Positions 1 through 9,915 of a DNA stretch of 29,190 bases are shown piece after piece. Under the pieces are notes generated by a model, which was not told the DNA's origin, made no database searches, and worked only from the letters and a program-made list of their open reading frames with translations. Numbering within the stretch: the first letter of the stretch is position 1; every line of letters starts with the position of its first letter. A program made the translations under genes and the position numbers. The stretch comes from Candidatus Spechtbacteria bacterium (GTDB taxonomy: Bacteria > Patescibacteriota > Minisyncoccia > Spechtbacterales > HO2-43-30): positions 1-29,190 of the forward strand of contig JACOUK010000055.1 in assembly GCA_016177905.1 (NCBI GenBank), in the 5' to 3' direction.

Positions 1-1729
<1,729 letters not shown>

Positions 1730-1859
1730 CAAATTGGCGGCTTTCCCGAGTGATCGGGATTGAAAAAGCTGACTCATATCGGTGAATTCCTAATATACAT
1801 TGCATTTCAACCTGTCATATGTTAGGATAACACCGAGGGAAGCTATAAATTTTTTAGCT

Positions 1860-2366
1860 ATGATGTCTCATATTAGTAAAAGTCTCTGGGCGTATTTAGC
1901 AGGATTTCTGGATGGCGACGGCAGTATCTATGTGAGGGTGAAGCCCAATGATACCTACCGTTACGGGTTTCAAATTTCTCCTTCAGTTGTATTCTTTCAA
2001 TCGATAAAGGAGAAAGTGAAAATCCAAAAAATGCAGAAATCTTACGGAGTTGGATACATAAGGGAACGAAATGATGGGATAATAGAGTGGGTAGTCGGAG
2101 ACGAAAAGTCAATACGTCTGCTTATGAAGAGTGTTACGCCGTTCCTTATTCTAAAAACGGAACAGGCAAAATTGATGTTGGAAGTTTTGAATAGCAGACA
2201 ACAGATAAAGAGCGAAGAAGATTTTGTTAACGTAGTGAAAAACATAGATAGATTTCAGAAGTTAAATTACTCAAAGAAGCGAAGCGTTGGCACGGAAAAA
2301 GTATTGGCATACTTAAAACTAAAATTAGACATCAAACTTAAACGGAAAAATTTATTAGCCCCGTAG
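1860..2366 (+). CDS. Intron-encoded single-motif LAGLIDADG homing endonuclease, I-CreI-like (168 aa from ATG1860; ATG1863 possible)
   Basis: YLAGFLDGDGSI motif; KPNxxY, GVGYIRER, PFLxLK and YSKKR segments align by eye with I-CreI. Start moved from the ORF-track TTG1800, which lies in ribozyme P5. Confidence 0.93.
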   Translation: MMSHISKSLWAYLAGFLDGDGSIYVRVKPNDTYRYGFQISPSVVFFQSIKEKVKIQKMQKSYGVGYIRERNDGIIEWVVGDEKSIRLLMKSVTPFLILKTEQAKLMLEVLNSRQQIKSEEDFVNVVKNIDRFQKLNYSKKRSVGTEKVLAYLKLKLDIKLKRKNLLAP

Positions 2367-2371
2367 AGACT

Positions 2372-2439
2372 TCTCCGACTGTAGTCGGAGAGATGGGCGT
2401 TCGGCCCATAACACGTCGGCCCCCCGACTGCAGTCGGGG
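2372..2439. repeat. Two near-identical palindromic hairpins in the intron (core CCGACTGYAGTCGG at 2375-2388 and 2424-2437)
   Basis: TCTCCGACTGTAGTCGGAGA (2372-2391) and the perfect palindrome CCCCGACTGCAGTCGGGG (2422-2439); cores 13/14 identical; they occupy P7.1 and P8. Confidence 0.85.
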
Positions 2440-2480
2440 TGATGGTATAGTCCATACATTTGGCAACAAGTGAGTATATG

Positions 2481-2770
2481 CGTGAGACAGGTCGGTCTTT
2501 ATCTGCCATAGGCGTAGAACCTTGAGGGGAGTTCTCTATAGTACGAGAGGACCTAGAGGAACGAACCTCTGGTGTACCAGTTGTCCCGCCAGGGGCATTG
2601 CTGGGTAGCTATGTTCGGAAGGGATAAGCGCTGAAAGCATCTAAGCACGAAGCCCACCCCAAGATGAGGGTTCAAAGAGACCTCGAAGATGACGAGGTTG
2701 ATAGGCTCATGGTGTAAGCGCCGCAAGGCGTTCAGCCTATGAGTACTAATTTCTCATACACGAAATTTCC
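2481..2770 (+). rRNA. rrl: 23S rRNA, 3' exon (from E. coli C2594 to the 3' end; end approximate)
   Basis: CGTGAGACAG, sarcin-ricin loop AGTACGAGAGGAC (2540-2552), GCTGAAAGCATCTAAG, GAGGTTGATAGG, TACTAAT near the end. Confidence 0.96.
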
Positions 2771-2791
2771 TGCGGAGTTATAAGACTCTAT

Positions 2792-2940
2792 AAAATCCGA
2801 GATAATCTATGGGGGCTATACTGGCGTTGCTCTACCCGTTCCCATTCCGAACACGGAAGTAAAATACGCCAAGGCCGATGATACTAGGTTCGCCCTGGGA
2901 AAGTAGGTAGCTCCCGTAGATTGCCTCGGATTTTGTTTTT
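2792..2940 (+). terminator. 5S precursor processing stem, possibly doubling as rRNA operon terminator
   Basis: AAAATCCGAG (2792-2801) pairs with CTCGGATTTT (2925-2934), extending helix I; followed by GTTTTT. Confidence 0.55.
2806..2920 (+). rRNA. rrf: 5S rRNA
   Basis: Terminal helix TCTATGGGGGCTA/TAGCTCCCGTAGA; conserved CCCGTTCCCATTCCGAACACGGAAGT and GCCGATGATACT, GGGAAAGTAGGT; about 115 nt. Confidence 0.95.
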
Positions 2941-2961
2941 AGAGTTATGCCGTGGTAGAAT
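2933..2961 (+). promoter_or_regulatory. Candidate sigma70 promoter with extended -10
   Basis: TTGTTT(2933-38)-17 nt-TAGAAT(2956-61) with TG at 2953-54; ATG2969 follows after 7 nt. Confidence 0.55.
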
Positions 2962-2968
2962 GCGAGCG

Positions 2969-3760
2969 ATGGAAGCAAGGACTCAAAAACAGATTATTGT
3001 GGGGCTTGTCAGCTTGATTGTTTTTGCCACATTTTTTTCTGGGGTCGTGTTTTTGTTTCGAGCAAAAACGTCTTCTCCGCCGCGAGAACCAATCGCCACT
3101 CCAACGCCATTCGTCTCTGTTTTGAAAGATATCGAGGTCGAATTCTCGGATGTTTTTGAGATACGAAAGGAAGGGACATTCGACGCGGTCGCGTTGGTGA
3201 AGAATCCAAATCTTGAATACGGCGCGCCGCAATTTCTGTACGAATTTATTTTCACGGGGCAAAACGGCGCGGAACTTGCGCGAGTGGAGGGAAAAGCTTT
3301 TATTTTGCCTAAAACTTCCCGTTATGTGATTGAGCCGGCGCTCAAGCTTCTGGCGAAGCCCGCATCCGTTGCGTTTAAGATTAAGAAAGTCGAATGGCAG
3401 CTTCTTGATCCGTTTTCACCTCTCGGGTTAAGTTTAAAAGACACAAACCTCGGTCGTGATGAGACGCAGGGAGTATCGCGTTTTTCCGGGGTTGTGCAGA
3501 ATCGTTCTTCGTATAATCTCAAGAATGTAGAGGTGCATGTGGTGCTTTCTGATCCGGCAAATGGCGGGAAACCAATTGCCGCGGGAAGAACCGATATGCA
3601 GGATTTTCTCCGCGACACCGATAGATTTTTCACGATTCAGTGGCCGTACATTTTGCCTGCAAATTTGAAGATTGACGCGAGAACTGAAAGCAATTTTTTT
3701 GAAAATTCAAATTTCATCAGAGAATACGGGAAGCCGGAGAAGTTTGAAAAGTACTACTAG
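2969..3760 (+). CDS. Hypothetical membrane-anchored protein, single N-terminal TM helix plus beta-rich extracellular domains (FxLYD-like)
   Basis: Hydrophobic IIVGLVSLIVFATFFSGVVFLF, then a Pro/Thr linker and NPN..Y..F.F..xNG pattern. ORF-track TTG2921 overlaps the 5S stem, so ATG2960 or ATG2969 is preferred. Confidence 0.7.
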   Translation: MEARTQKQIIVGLVSLIVFATFFSGVVFLFRAKTSSPPREPIATPTPFVSVLKDIEVEFSDVFEIRKEGTFDAVALVKNPNLEYGAPQFLYEFIFTGQNGAELARVEGKAFILPKTSRYVIEPALKLLAKPASVAFKIKKVEWQLLDPFSPLGLSLKDTNLGRDETQGVSRFSGVVQNRSSYNLKNVEVHVVLSDPANGGKPIAAGRTDMQDFLRDTDRFFTIQWPYILPANLKIDARTESNFFENSNFIREYGKPEKFEKYY

Positions 3761-3769
3761 GCTTTATCA

Positions 3770-4852
3770 ATGAGTGAGCATTTTAAAAAATTTGACTGGC
3801 CTTTGATTTTCTCCGCTCTCATTCTCATTGCCTTTGGCCTCGTCTCTTTGTACGGCAGGAGCGGCAGTGAAGGGCTTTCGAATTTTAAAAAACAAATCCT
3901 GTGGCTTCTCGTAGGATTTGTTTTCATGCTCGGAATAAGCTTTTTTGATTATCGGATTTTGAAGAATTATCGTTCCGCGATTGTCATTCTGTACGGGGCC
4001 ACTTTGGCATTACTTACAGGAGTTTTGTTTTTTGGAGTTTCCATAAGAGGAGCGGCGAGCTGGTATCGGATAGGCGAGGTTGCGATCCAGCCGGTAGAAT
4101 TCGCAAAGATTGCGATTATTGCTGTGCTTGCGAAATACTTCTCCATGCGTCATATCGAGATGTATCGCGTGCGTCACATCTTGATTTCCGGCGCGTATGT
4201 TTTTCTGCCGGCATTCCTCGTATTTCTTCAGCCTGATATTGGATCGGTTATGATATTATTCGCGATTTGGGTAGGAGTGATGATTCTTGCGGGAATTAAA
4301 ATCAAGCATCTTCTCTTGCTCGCGTTTGCGGGGATGTGCACATTTTTGATCGCGTGGAGTTTTGTGTTCCACGCGTATCAGAAAGACAGGATACTCGCCT
4401 TTTTGAATCCAAAATTTGATCCGCTTGGCGCAGGATACAATGTTTCACAGTCACTCATTGCGATAGGGTCCGGAGGCGTGTGGGGGAAAGGAATTGGCGA
4501 AGGTTCGCAAACTCATCTCGGTTTTTTGCCTGAAGCCCAGACGGATTTCATTTACGCGGCTATCGCGGAAGAAATGGGGCTTATCGGGGTTACATTGCTG
4601 CTCATCACGGCGATATTTTTGTTTTGGAGACTTATGAGTATCGCGCAGAACGCAAAAAATAATTTTTCGAGGCTTGTTGCCGGAGGATTTTCTATTATGA
4701 TACTGGTGCAGATCGCGATCAATATCGGAATGAACCTCGGATTACTGCCGGTGACAGGCGTTCCATTGCCTTTTGTAAGTTACGGAGGAAGCAGTATGAT
4801 CGCGCTTTTTGTCATGCTCGGGTTACTGCAGAGTATCAAAGTAAATCAGTAG
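3770..4852 (+). CDS. rodA: SEDS-family peptidoglycan glycosyltransferase RodA
   Basis: About 10 TM helices; IQPVEFAK, LQPDIGS, SLIAIGSGG..GKG..GSQ..LGFLPEAQTDF, GVPLPFVSYGGSS. Confidence 0.9.
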   Translation: MSEHFKKFDWPLIFSALILIAFGLVSLYGRSGSEGLSNFKKQILWLLVGFVFMLGISFFDYRILKNYRSAIVILYGATLALLTGVLFFGVSIRGAASWYRIGEVAIQPVEFAKIAIIAVLAKYFSMRHIEMYRVRHILISGAYVFLPAFLVFLQPDIGSVMILFAIWVGVMILAGIKIKHLLLLAFAGMCTFLIAWSFVFHAYQKDRILAFLNPKFDPLGAGYNVSQSLIAIGSGGVWGKGIGEGSQTHLGFLPEAQTDFIYAAIAEEMGLIGVTLLLITAIFLFWRLMSIAQNAKNNFSRLVAGGFSIMILVQIAINIGMNLGLLPVTGVPLPFVSYGGSSMIALFVMLGLLQSIKVNQ

Positions 4853-4877
4853 GATATGCAAGACGCGGGTGGTTACG

Positions 4878-4907
4878 TTGACATTCAAGGTGTGAAATTG
4901 GTAGTAT
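4878..4907 (+). promoter_or_regulatory. Candidate sigma70 promoter for neuB-neuC-CBS
   Basis: Perfect TTGACA(4878-83)-18 nt-TAGTAT(4902-07) with TG at 4899-4900. Confidence 0.65.
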
Positions 4908-4908
4908 G

Positions 4909-4937
4909 GGGGATACTTGAGGATGAGTACCCCTTTT
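4909..4937 (+). terminator. Candidate intrinsic terminator downstream of rodA, overlapping the neuB promoter start site
   Basis: GGGG-A-TACTT ... GAGTA-CCCC stem with one bulge, followed by TTTT (4934-37). Confidence 0.45.
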
Positions 4938-4956
4938 GTAATGAGACAAAAATTTT

Positions 4957-6012
4957 ATGAGAGACCTTCAATTTGGAAAATTGAGAATCGGGGGGAATAA
5001 TAAGGTGGCGGTTATCGCGGAGATCGCGGACTCCCATAACGGGAGTGTTGAGACCGCGAAAAAATTGGTGGACGCGGCAAAAGCCGCGGGCGCAGATATC
5101 GCGAAGTTTCAGATTCATTTGCCGGATATCGAGATGGTGCCCGGGTCAATTCACATGTGGGATGGGCCGCTCTACGATATTTTGAAGCGAAATCTTTTTA
5201 CGCCCCTCATGCACAAAGAAATGATGGACTATTGCGAGCGCGCGGGCATTGAGTATCTTTGCACCCCATTTTGCCCGACTAGCGTTGATGTGTTGGAGGA
5301 TATGGGGGTAAAAGCGTTTAAGACCGGTTCCGGAGAGCTTGCGAACCTTCCCCATCACCGGAAAATCGCGCGGATTTCCGCGCGCACCGGCAAGCCAGTG
5401 TTTGTTTCGACAGGTATGAGCACGTGGGAGGAAATCCGCGACACCGTGCGAGTCTATAAAGAAGAAGGGGCGCATGAAAATCTCGCGCTGATGAACTGCA
5501 CGTCCGAGTATCCGCCGAACGATTATTCTCACGCGAACCTCGGACTTATCAAACGGCTAGAGGTGGAGTTTGGCGTTTGGGCTGGCCAATCGGACCATAC
5601 AATGGATAATTACACGGCATACGCGGCTGTAGCACTCGGGGCAAAGATTGTTGAGAAGCACTTCACTCTTTCGCGCAATCAAAAAGGCCCCGACCACTTT
5701 ATTTCTCTTGAGCCTCACATGCTTAAAGATTTGGTTGATGGAATACGGAAAATTGAAGTCGCGCTTGGAAGCGAAAAAGTGATTTCAAAAGAAGAGCAGG
5801 TTGTGCGCGACTGGGCATTTCATAGCGTTATCACCGCGCGTGATATACGAGCGGGCGAGGCGATGACGGTGGAGAATTTAATTCCAAAGCGTCCGGGTTC
5901 CGGAATCAGCGCGAAATATCTTGATCCCATGTATTCTCAAGCATTGCTCGGAAGAAGAGCGAGGAGAGATCTGCCAAAAGACACAATCCTTCAGTGGTCA
6001 GATGCGATATAA
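4957..6012 (+). CDS. neuB: Nonulosonic acid synthase, NeuB family, with C-terminal SAF/AFL domain
   Basis: VIAEIADSHNG, KFQ, CTPF, KTGSGE, STG, SDHT, EKHFTL..GPDH, C-terminal KRPGSGI. Confidence 0.92.
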   Translation: MRDLQFGKLRIGGNNKVAVIAEIADSHNGSVETAKKLVDAAKAAGADIAKFQIHLPDIEMVPGSIHMWDGPLYDILKRNLFTPLMHKEMMDYCERAGIEYLCTPFCPTSVDVLEDMGVKAFKTGSGELANLPHHRKIARISARTGKPVFVSTGMSTWEEIRDTVRVYKEEGAHENLALMNCTSEYPPNDYSHANLGLIKRLEVEFGVWAGQSDHTMDNYTAYAAVALGAKIVEKHFTLSRNQKGPDHFISLEPHMLKDLVDGIRKIEVALGSEKVISKEEQVVRDWAFHSVITARDIRAGEAMTVENLIPKRPGSGISAKYLDPMYSQALLGRRARRDLPKDTILQWSDAI

Positions 6013-6019
6013 ATAGCAA

Positions 6020-7150
6020 ATGAAATTTCGAAAACGGAAAATCGCGATTATCGCGGGTTCGCGGGGCGAGTATGGTTATTTTCGGCCGGTCATTAAAGAG
6101 ATGAAAAACCGGCCGAATTTAGATTATGGAATTATCGCGGCGAATATGCACATGCTCGATACTTTTGGCGAAAGTATCAAGGAAATGAAGCGAGACCGGC
6201 TCAAGATTCACGCGGCAGTTCACAATACGCTGGATGGATACAACCGTATTACGATGGTAAAATCGCTCTCCGTGTTTATGCTCCAGCTTCCCGAACTTTT
6301 GGATCAGATGGGGGCGGATATGGTCTTGGTGTCGGGGGATCGGGGAGAACAGCTTGTCGCGGCAATCGTAGGCGCGCATATGTATATTCCGGTCGCGCAT
6401 ATTCAGGGAGGCGAGGTTTCCGGCAACATTGATGGAGTCTCCCGCCACGCGATAACAAAGTTCGCGCATCTTCATTTTTGCGCGAACAAAGAAGCCGAGG
6501 CGCGAGTGCTAAAGATGGGCGAGGAGAAGCGCCGCGTGTTCAACGTGGGAGCTCCGATGCTCGACGAGTTGGTGAGCGGACGTATCACACCTGCGAGTGA
6601 AATTTATAAAAAATTTTCTATTCAAAAAGGCGAGCCGCTTGTGCTCCTTATGTATCATTCAGTCACCGAGGAATTTGATGAGCTTGAGAAGGCGATGGCG
6701 GCGCTACATCACAAGACGATCGTGATCTTAAATAATTCCGACGCGGGAAGCAAGGTTATCCGAAGAAAAATCATGGAGCACAAAAAGCCATGGATGAGCG
6801 TATATCCCAATCTCAAAAGGGAGGATTACGCGGGGCTGTTGAGTGTCGCGAGCGCTCTTGTCGGGAATTCTTCAAGCGGCATTATTGAAGCTCCGACATT
6901 CAAACTGCCAGCCGTCAATATTGGGAATAGGCAAAAAGGAAGATTGCAGAGTACGAATGCAATAAACGTTGGATGTGCGGCGTCTGAAATCCAACAGGGT
7001 ATTAAAAAAGCGTTAAGCCCCGCGTTTAAAAGAAGAGTCGCAACATGTGTAAACCCTTACGGCGATGGAAAATCCGCGAAGAGAATCGTTGATATTTTGG
7101 AAAACATCAAGATTGATGATACACTGCTTATCAAGAGATTAACGTATTGA
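6020..7150 (+). CDS. neuC: Hydrolysing NDP-GlcNAc-type 2-epimerase (NeuC/LegG family)
   Basis: GSRGEYG, GDRGE, HIQGGEVSGNID..RHAITK..HLHF, GNSSSGIIEAP, NIGNRQKGR, PYGDG. Confidence 0.92.
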   Translation: MKFRKRKIAIIAGSRGEYGYFRPVIKEMKNRPNLDYGIIAANMHMLDTFGESIKEMKRDRLKIHAAVHNTLDGYNRITMVKSLSVFMLQLPELLDQMGADMVLVSGDRGEQLVAAIVGAHMYIPVAHIQGGEVSGNIDGVSRHAITKFAHLHFCANKEAEARVLKMGEEKRRVFNVGAPMLDELVSGRITPASEIYKKFSIQKGEPLVLLMYHSVTEEFDELEKAMAALHHKTIVILNNSDAGSKVIRRKIMEHKKPWMSVYPNLKREDYAGLLSVASALVGNSSSGIIEAPTFKLPAVNIGNRQKGRLQSTNAINVGCAASEIQQGIKKALSPAFKRRVATCVNPYGDGKSAKRIVDILENIKIDDTLLIKRLTY

Positions 7151-7153
7151 GCC

Positions 7154-7525
7154 ATGAAGCCTAAACTGGATATCAAAAATTCAAATTATATCGTCAAAGA
7201 GGACGCTTCTCTTAACGAGGCGATGGAGGCAATCACGTATAATCATCGAGGATGCGTTGTTGTCGTGGACAAAGATTTTTTGGTGTTAGGAGTTTTGAGC
7301 GATGGAGATATACGAAGAGCGCTTGTGAAAGGAGCGACGATGATTACTCCAGTAAGCAAAGTTTTGAATACAAATTTTGTATCCGTGCGCGATGACGCGC
7401 GAGACACTCTCCAAAACCCGGAGCGTTTTTTTGAGGCACACGCAAATCTCAATGTTATTCCAGTGCTTGGAGAGAAAAATAGGCTAGCTGACATTCTTGT
7501 GCGGGGAGGGCCGTACCGAGAGTAG
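7154..7525 (+). CDS. Stand-alone CBS-pair protein resembling the N-terminus of PtmE-type CBS-nucleotidyltransferases
   Basis: SLNEAMEAI, VVVDKD..VLGVLSDGDIRRAL, IPVLGEKNRLADIL; 123 aa with no nucleotidyltransferase domain. Confidence 0.8.
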   Translation: MKPKLDIKNSNYIVKEDASLNEAMEAITYNHRGCVVVVDKDFLVLGVLSDGDIRRALVKGATMITPVSKVLNTNFVSVRDDARDTLQNPERFFEAHANLNVIPVLGEKNRLADILVRGGPYRE

Positions 7526-8872
7526 AGCGACAAATCGTTCAGTGTTCTTTCCGTCAAACATCCCAAATTTTTTACGGTCTTCGTCGCGAGATTTTTTCAT
7601 TTGAGGATCGAGCATGGCGCTCTTTTTGAGATCTAGGGCGATTTCTTCCAGTTGCGCCATGGTGTAAACCGGAATAACCGATGCGTATCTTTTCGTTTCG
7701 GTTTCAAAGACCGTTCTTCCCTCGAGTCTATATGAAAGAATGGGGGCGTCAGTCGCAAGACTTGCGTCAGTAGAAGCTGAGACAAAATTTAAGATTACGT
7801 CAGCGATGCCGACGAGTTCATACATTGTCCAGTCGGCGCTTATGAATGTGAGCATAGCGCCTCTTTCTTTTTGAAAAGTTTCGATCTGTGTTTTTGGCTC
7901 CATGCGCGGATGTGTTTTGAAAACGAAATAAAATTCATCCCTTAAGGTTTCAAGAAGTAGCGCAAGAACTTGATTTACTTGAGAATCAAGAGCCGAAAAT
8001 TGGCGAGGATGAAAATCATCGCTGTAACTTGTGCCGACAATAAGAAAAATTTTTTTGGAACTGTCAATGCCGAGGATTTCACAAAGTTTTTGCTTGCGTT
8101 CGCTTCGCTCTTGAATGAGGGAGTGGAGGCTGTCGTGGGGTGGAAATCCCGTAACTCGCATTTTGACAGAATTCATGCCGAGTTTCACGTTTTCTTCCAT
8201 TTGCATATTGGAGTTTACCGCAACGAGATCAATGGGGTTTGTTCCGCGGATCCAGGGATTTTTGGGGAAGATATGAAGGAGATAAAGCTCGAGAACTTGT
8301 CTTGGCGGGATGAAATAAACATCGCGATTTTGGATGCGCATCACGTTTGAGGGATAGAGAATCTTTGCGAGAGAAAAAGCGATGGTTTTTACGAAAGATC
8401 GAGAAAGAGTTTCAGCCTCCTGCAGTTTCGGGAGAAGCGCGCCTTCGAGTGTTTGGAGTCCTTCGACTGGGTACAGGATGATTGTTGGAATTTTTTGCTT
8501 TGCGGCGGCAATGAGTGCGCATGCTTCATACATACGATCATCGCTTACGATCAAATGAGAGTATGATTTTTTTTGAAAAAACGACGCAAGATAGCGTATC
8601 GCAAAGATTGTTTTGAGAGCAAGTCCGAATATCGGAATTTTACAGAAAAAGCGGATATATGTTTTGCGGTGAAATTCTTCAAAAACAGCAACGAATTTTT
8701 TCCCATGCATTTCTCCATAGTGGGAGAGGAGAGCGCAGTCATGTTCGCTGATATTTTGTTTCAGAAAAATAATCTCGTAATCAATATGTTGCGATTCGAG
8801 CCATGCAATGAAAGGTGAATAATTATCAATGTAATTCCAGTCGTGAGCATAAAGGCAGATTTTTGTATCCAT
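7484..8872 (-). CDS. GT-B-fold surface-carbohydrate protein, candidate CMP-nonulosonate or glycerophosphate transferase
   Basis: 462 aa; VTGFPPHD, FVFKTHPR (KxHP motif seen in sialyltransferase-like and TagF-like GT-B enzymes), ADVILNFVSAS, FDGKNTERFV at the C-terminus. Confidence 0.6.
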   Translation of the reverse strand: MDTKICLYAHDWNYIDNYSPFIAWLESQHIDYEIIFLKQNISEHDCALLSHYGEMHGKKFVAVFEEFHRKTYIRFFCKIPIFGLALKTIFAIRYLASFFQKKSYSHLIVSDDRMYEACALIAAAKQKIPTIILYPVEGLQTLEGALLPKLQEAETLSRSFVKTIAFSLAKILYPSNVMRIQNRDVYFIPPRQVLELYLLHIFPKNPWIRGTNPIDLVAVNSNMQMEENVKLGMNSVKMRVTGFPPHDSLHSLIQERSERKQKLCEILGIDSSKKIFLIVGTSYSDDFHPRQFSALDSQVNQVLALLLETLRDEFYFVFKTHPRMEPKTQIETFQKERGAMLTFISADWTMYELVGIADVILNFVSASTDASLATDAPILSYRLEGRTVFETETKRYASVIPVYTMAQLEEIALDLKKSAMLDPQMKKSRDEDRKKFGMFDGKNTERFVALLSVRPSPHKNVS

Positions 8873-8934
8873 ACGGAATCTTTATAGCATGGTAGACAGT
8901 AAGCAGACAATAATGGTATATATGATGGTAGATT
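8873..8934. promoter_or_regulatory. 62-bp divergent promoter region between the GT-B gene and pseB
   Basis: Plus strand: TAGACA(8893-98)-18-TATATA with TG, and TATGAT(8921-26) 8 nt before ATG8935. Minus strand: TTGTCT-18-TATAAA with TG, 8 nt before ATG8872. ATGGTA occurs three times. Confidence 0.5.
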
Positions 8935-9915
8935 ATGAAACTCAAAGGGAAAACAATTTTAATTACTGGAGGGACCGGGTCTTTCGGACAGGCTTTTGTC
9001 GCGCGCGTTCTTGCGCAAGAAAATCCAAAAGCGATACGCGTGTACAGCCGAGATGAGCTGAAGCAGCAGCAGATGCGGGTCGCTCTAAAGGATGATGAGC
9101 GATTGCGCTTTTTGATTGGGGATGTGCGCGATGGCAAGAGATTAGAGCGGGCGTGCGAAGGGGTGGACATTATTATCCACGCGGCGGCAATGAAGCAGGT
9201 GCCCGCCTGCGAATACAATCCAATCGAAGCAATCCGGACGAACATTGACGGAGCGATAAACGTGATTGAAGCCGCTTTAAATTTGCATACTCCAAAGGTT
9301 ATCGCGTTGAGTTCTGACAAAGCCGTGCATCCGGTGAATTTGTATGGGGCAACAAAATTATGCGCTGAAAAATTGTTTGTCCAGGCGAATAGCTACGCGG
9401 GACTATCTAAGAAGACCAGTTTTTCTGTCGTACGTTACGGAAACGTTGTCGCGTCTCGCGGAAGCGTGATTCCTTTATTTAAGGAACAGATTCTAAGGGG
9501 TGAGCCGCTCACGCTTACGGACGAGCGGATGACAAGATTCTGGATTACGCTTGAACAGGCGGTTGATTTTGTCGTCGCTTCGATAGGGATGATGAAAGGG
9601 GGGGAAATTTTTGTGCCGAAGATTCCAAGCATGAAAATTGTTGATCTCGTTCGGGCATTCAACTACGCAAAAGTCGTGAAGGTTATCGGCATCCGTCCGG
9701 GAGAAAAGATTGACGAGTTTTTGATTACAAAAGAAGAGGGCCCAAGGACGTATGAACTTGCGGATCGGTATGTTATAGAGCCCGAATTTCCATGGTGGAC
9801 GGAAAGGGTAGCAAAGCGGGGGAGCCGCATGAGCGGGGGATTTTCATACGATAGTAGAAATAATAAAAAGTGGCTTACCATAAAAGAGATGAAGAAGTTG
9901 ATTCGCATCGCATGA
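8935..9915 (+). CDS. pseB: UDP-GlcNAc 4,6-dehydratase (inverting)
   Basis: TGGTGSFG, YSRDELKQ, HAAAMKQVPACEYNP, SDKAV.PVNLYGATKL, RYGNV..SRGSVIP, DERMTRFWITL, GIRPGEK. Confidence 0.95.
   Translation: MKLKGKTILITGGTGSFGQAFVARVLAQENPKAIRVYSRDELKQQQMRVALKDDERLRFLIGDVRDGKRLERACEGVDIIIHAAAMKQVPACEYNPIEAIRTNIDGAINVIEAALNLHTPKVIALSSDKAVHPVNLYGATKLCAEKLFVQANSYAGLSKKTSFSVVRYGNVVASRGSVIPLFKEQILRGEPLTLTDERMTRFWITLEQAVDFVVASIGMMKGGEIFVPKIPSMKIVDLVRAFNYAKVVKVIGIRPGEKIDEFLITKEEGPRTYELADRYVIEPEFPWWTERVAKRGSRMSGGFSYDSRNNKKWLTIKEMKKLIRIA

Larger units (their letters stand above)
1730..2480 (+). mobile_element. Group I self-splicing intron at 23S position L2593 (IA3-like, same site as the I-CreI intron), 751 nt
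   Basis: Removing 1730-2480 restores CAGACCGT|CGTGAGACAGGTCGG. The 5' exon ends in U (U1729.G1737 wobble in P1) and the intron ends in G2480. P3 GCTGAC(1768-73)/GTCGGC(2415-20); P4 TCGGTG/CACCGA; P7 GAGACT(2366-71)/AGTCC(2449-53) with bulged A; P7.1 and P7.2 hairpins; P9 with GCAA tetraloop. Confidence 0.95.

Noticed and set aside
1800-1859. TTG1800 start for the endonuclease
   Set aside because: These 20 codons lie in ribozyme P5/P4/P6; ATG1860/1863 gives an N-terminus matching I-CreI length.
2771-2805. tRNA or extra RNA in the 23S-5S spacer
   Set aside because: Only about 35 nt with a small hairpin; no cloverleaf. No tRNA was recognised anywhere in the window.
2921-2968. TTG2921 start for the membrane protein
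   Set aside because: It overlaps the 5S processing stem and the predicted promoter.
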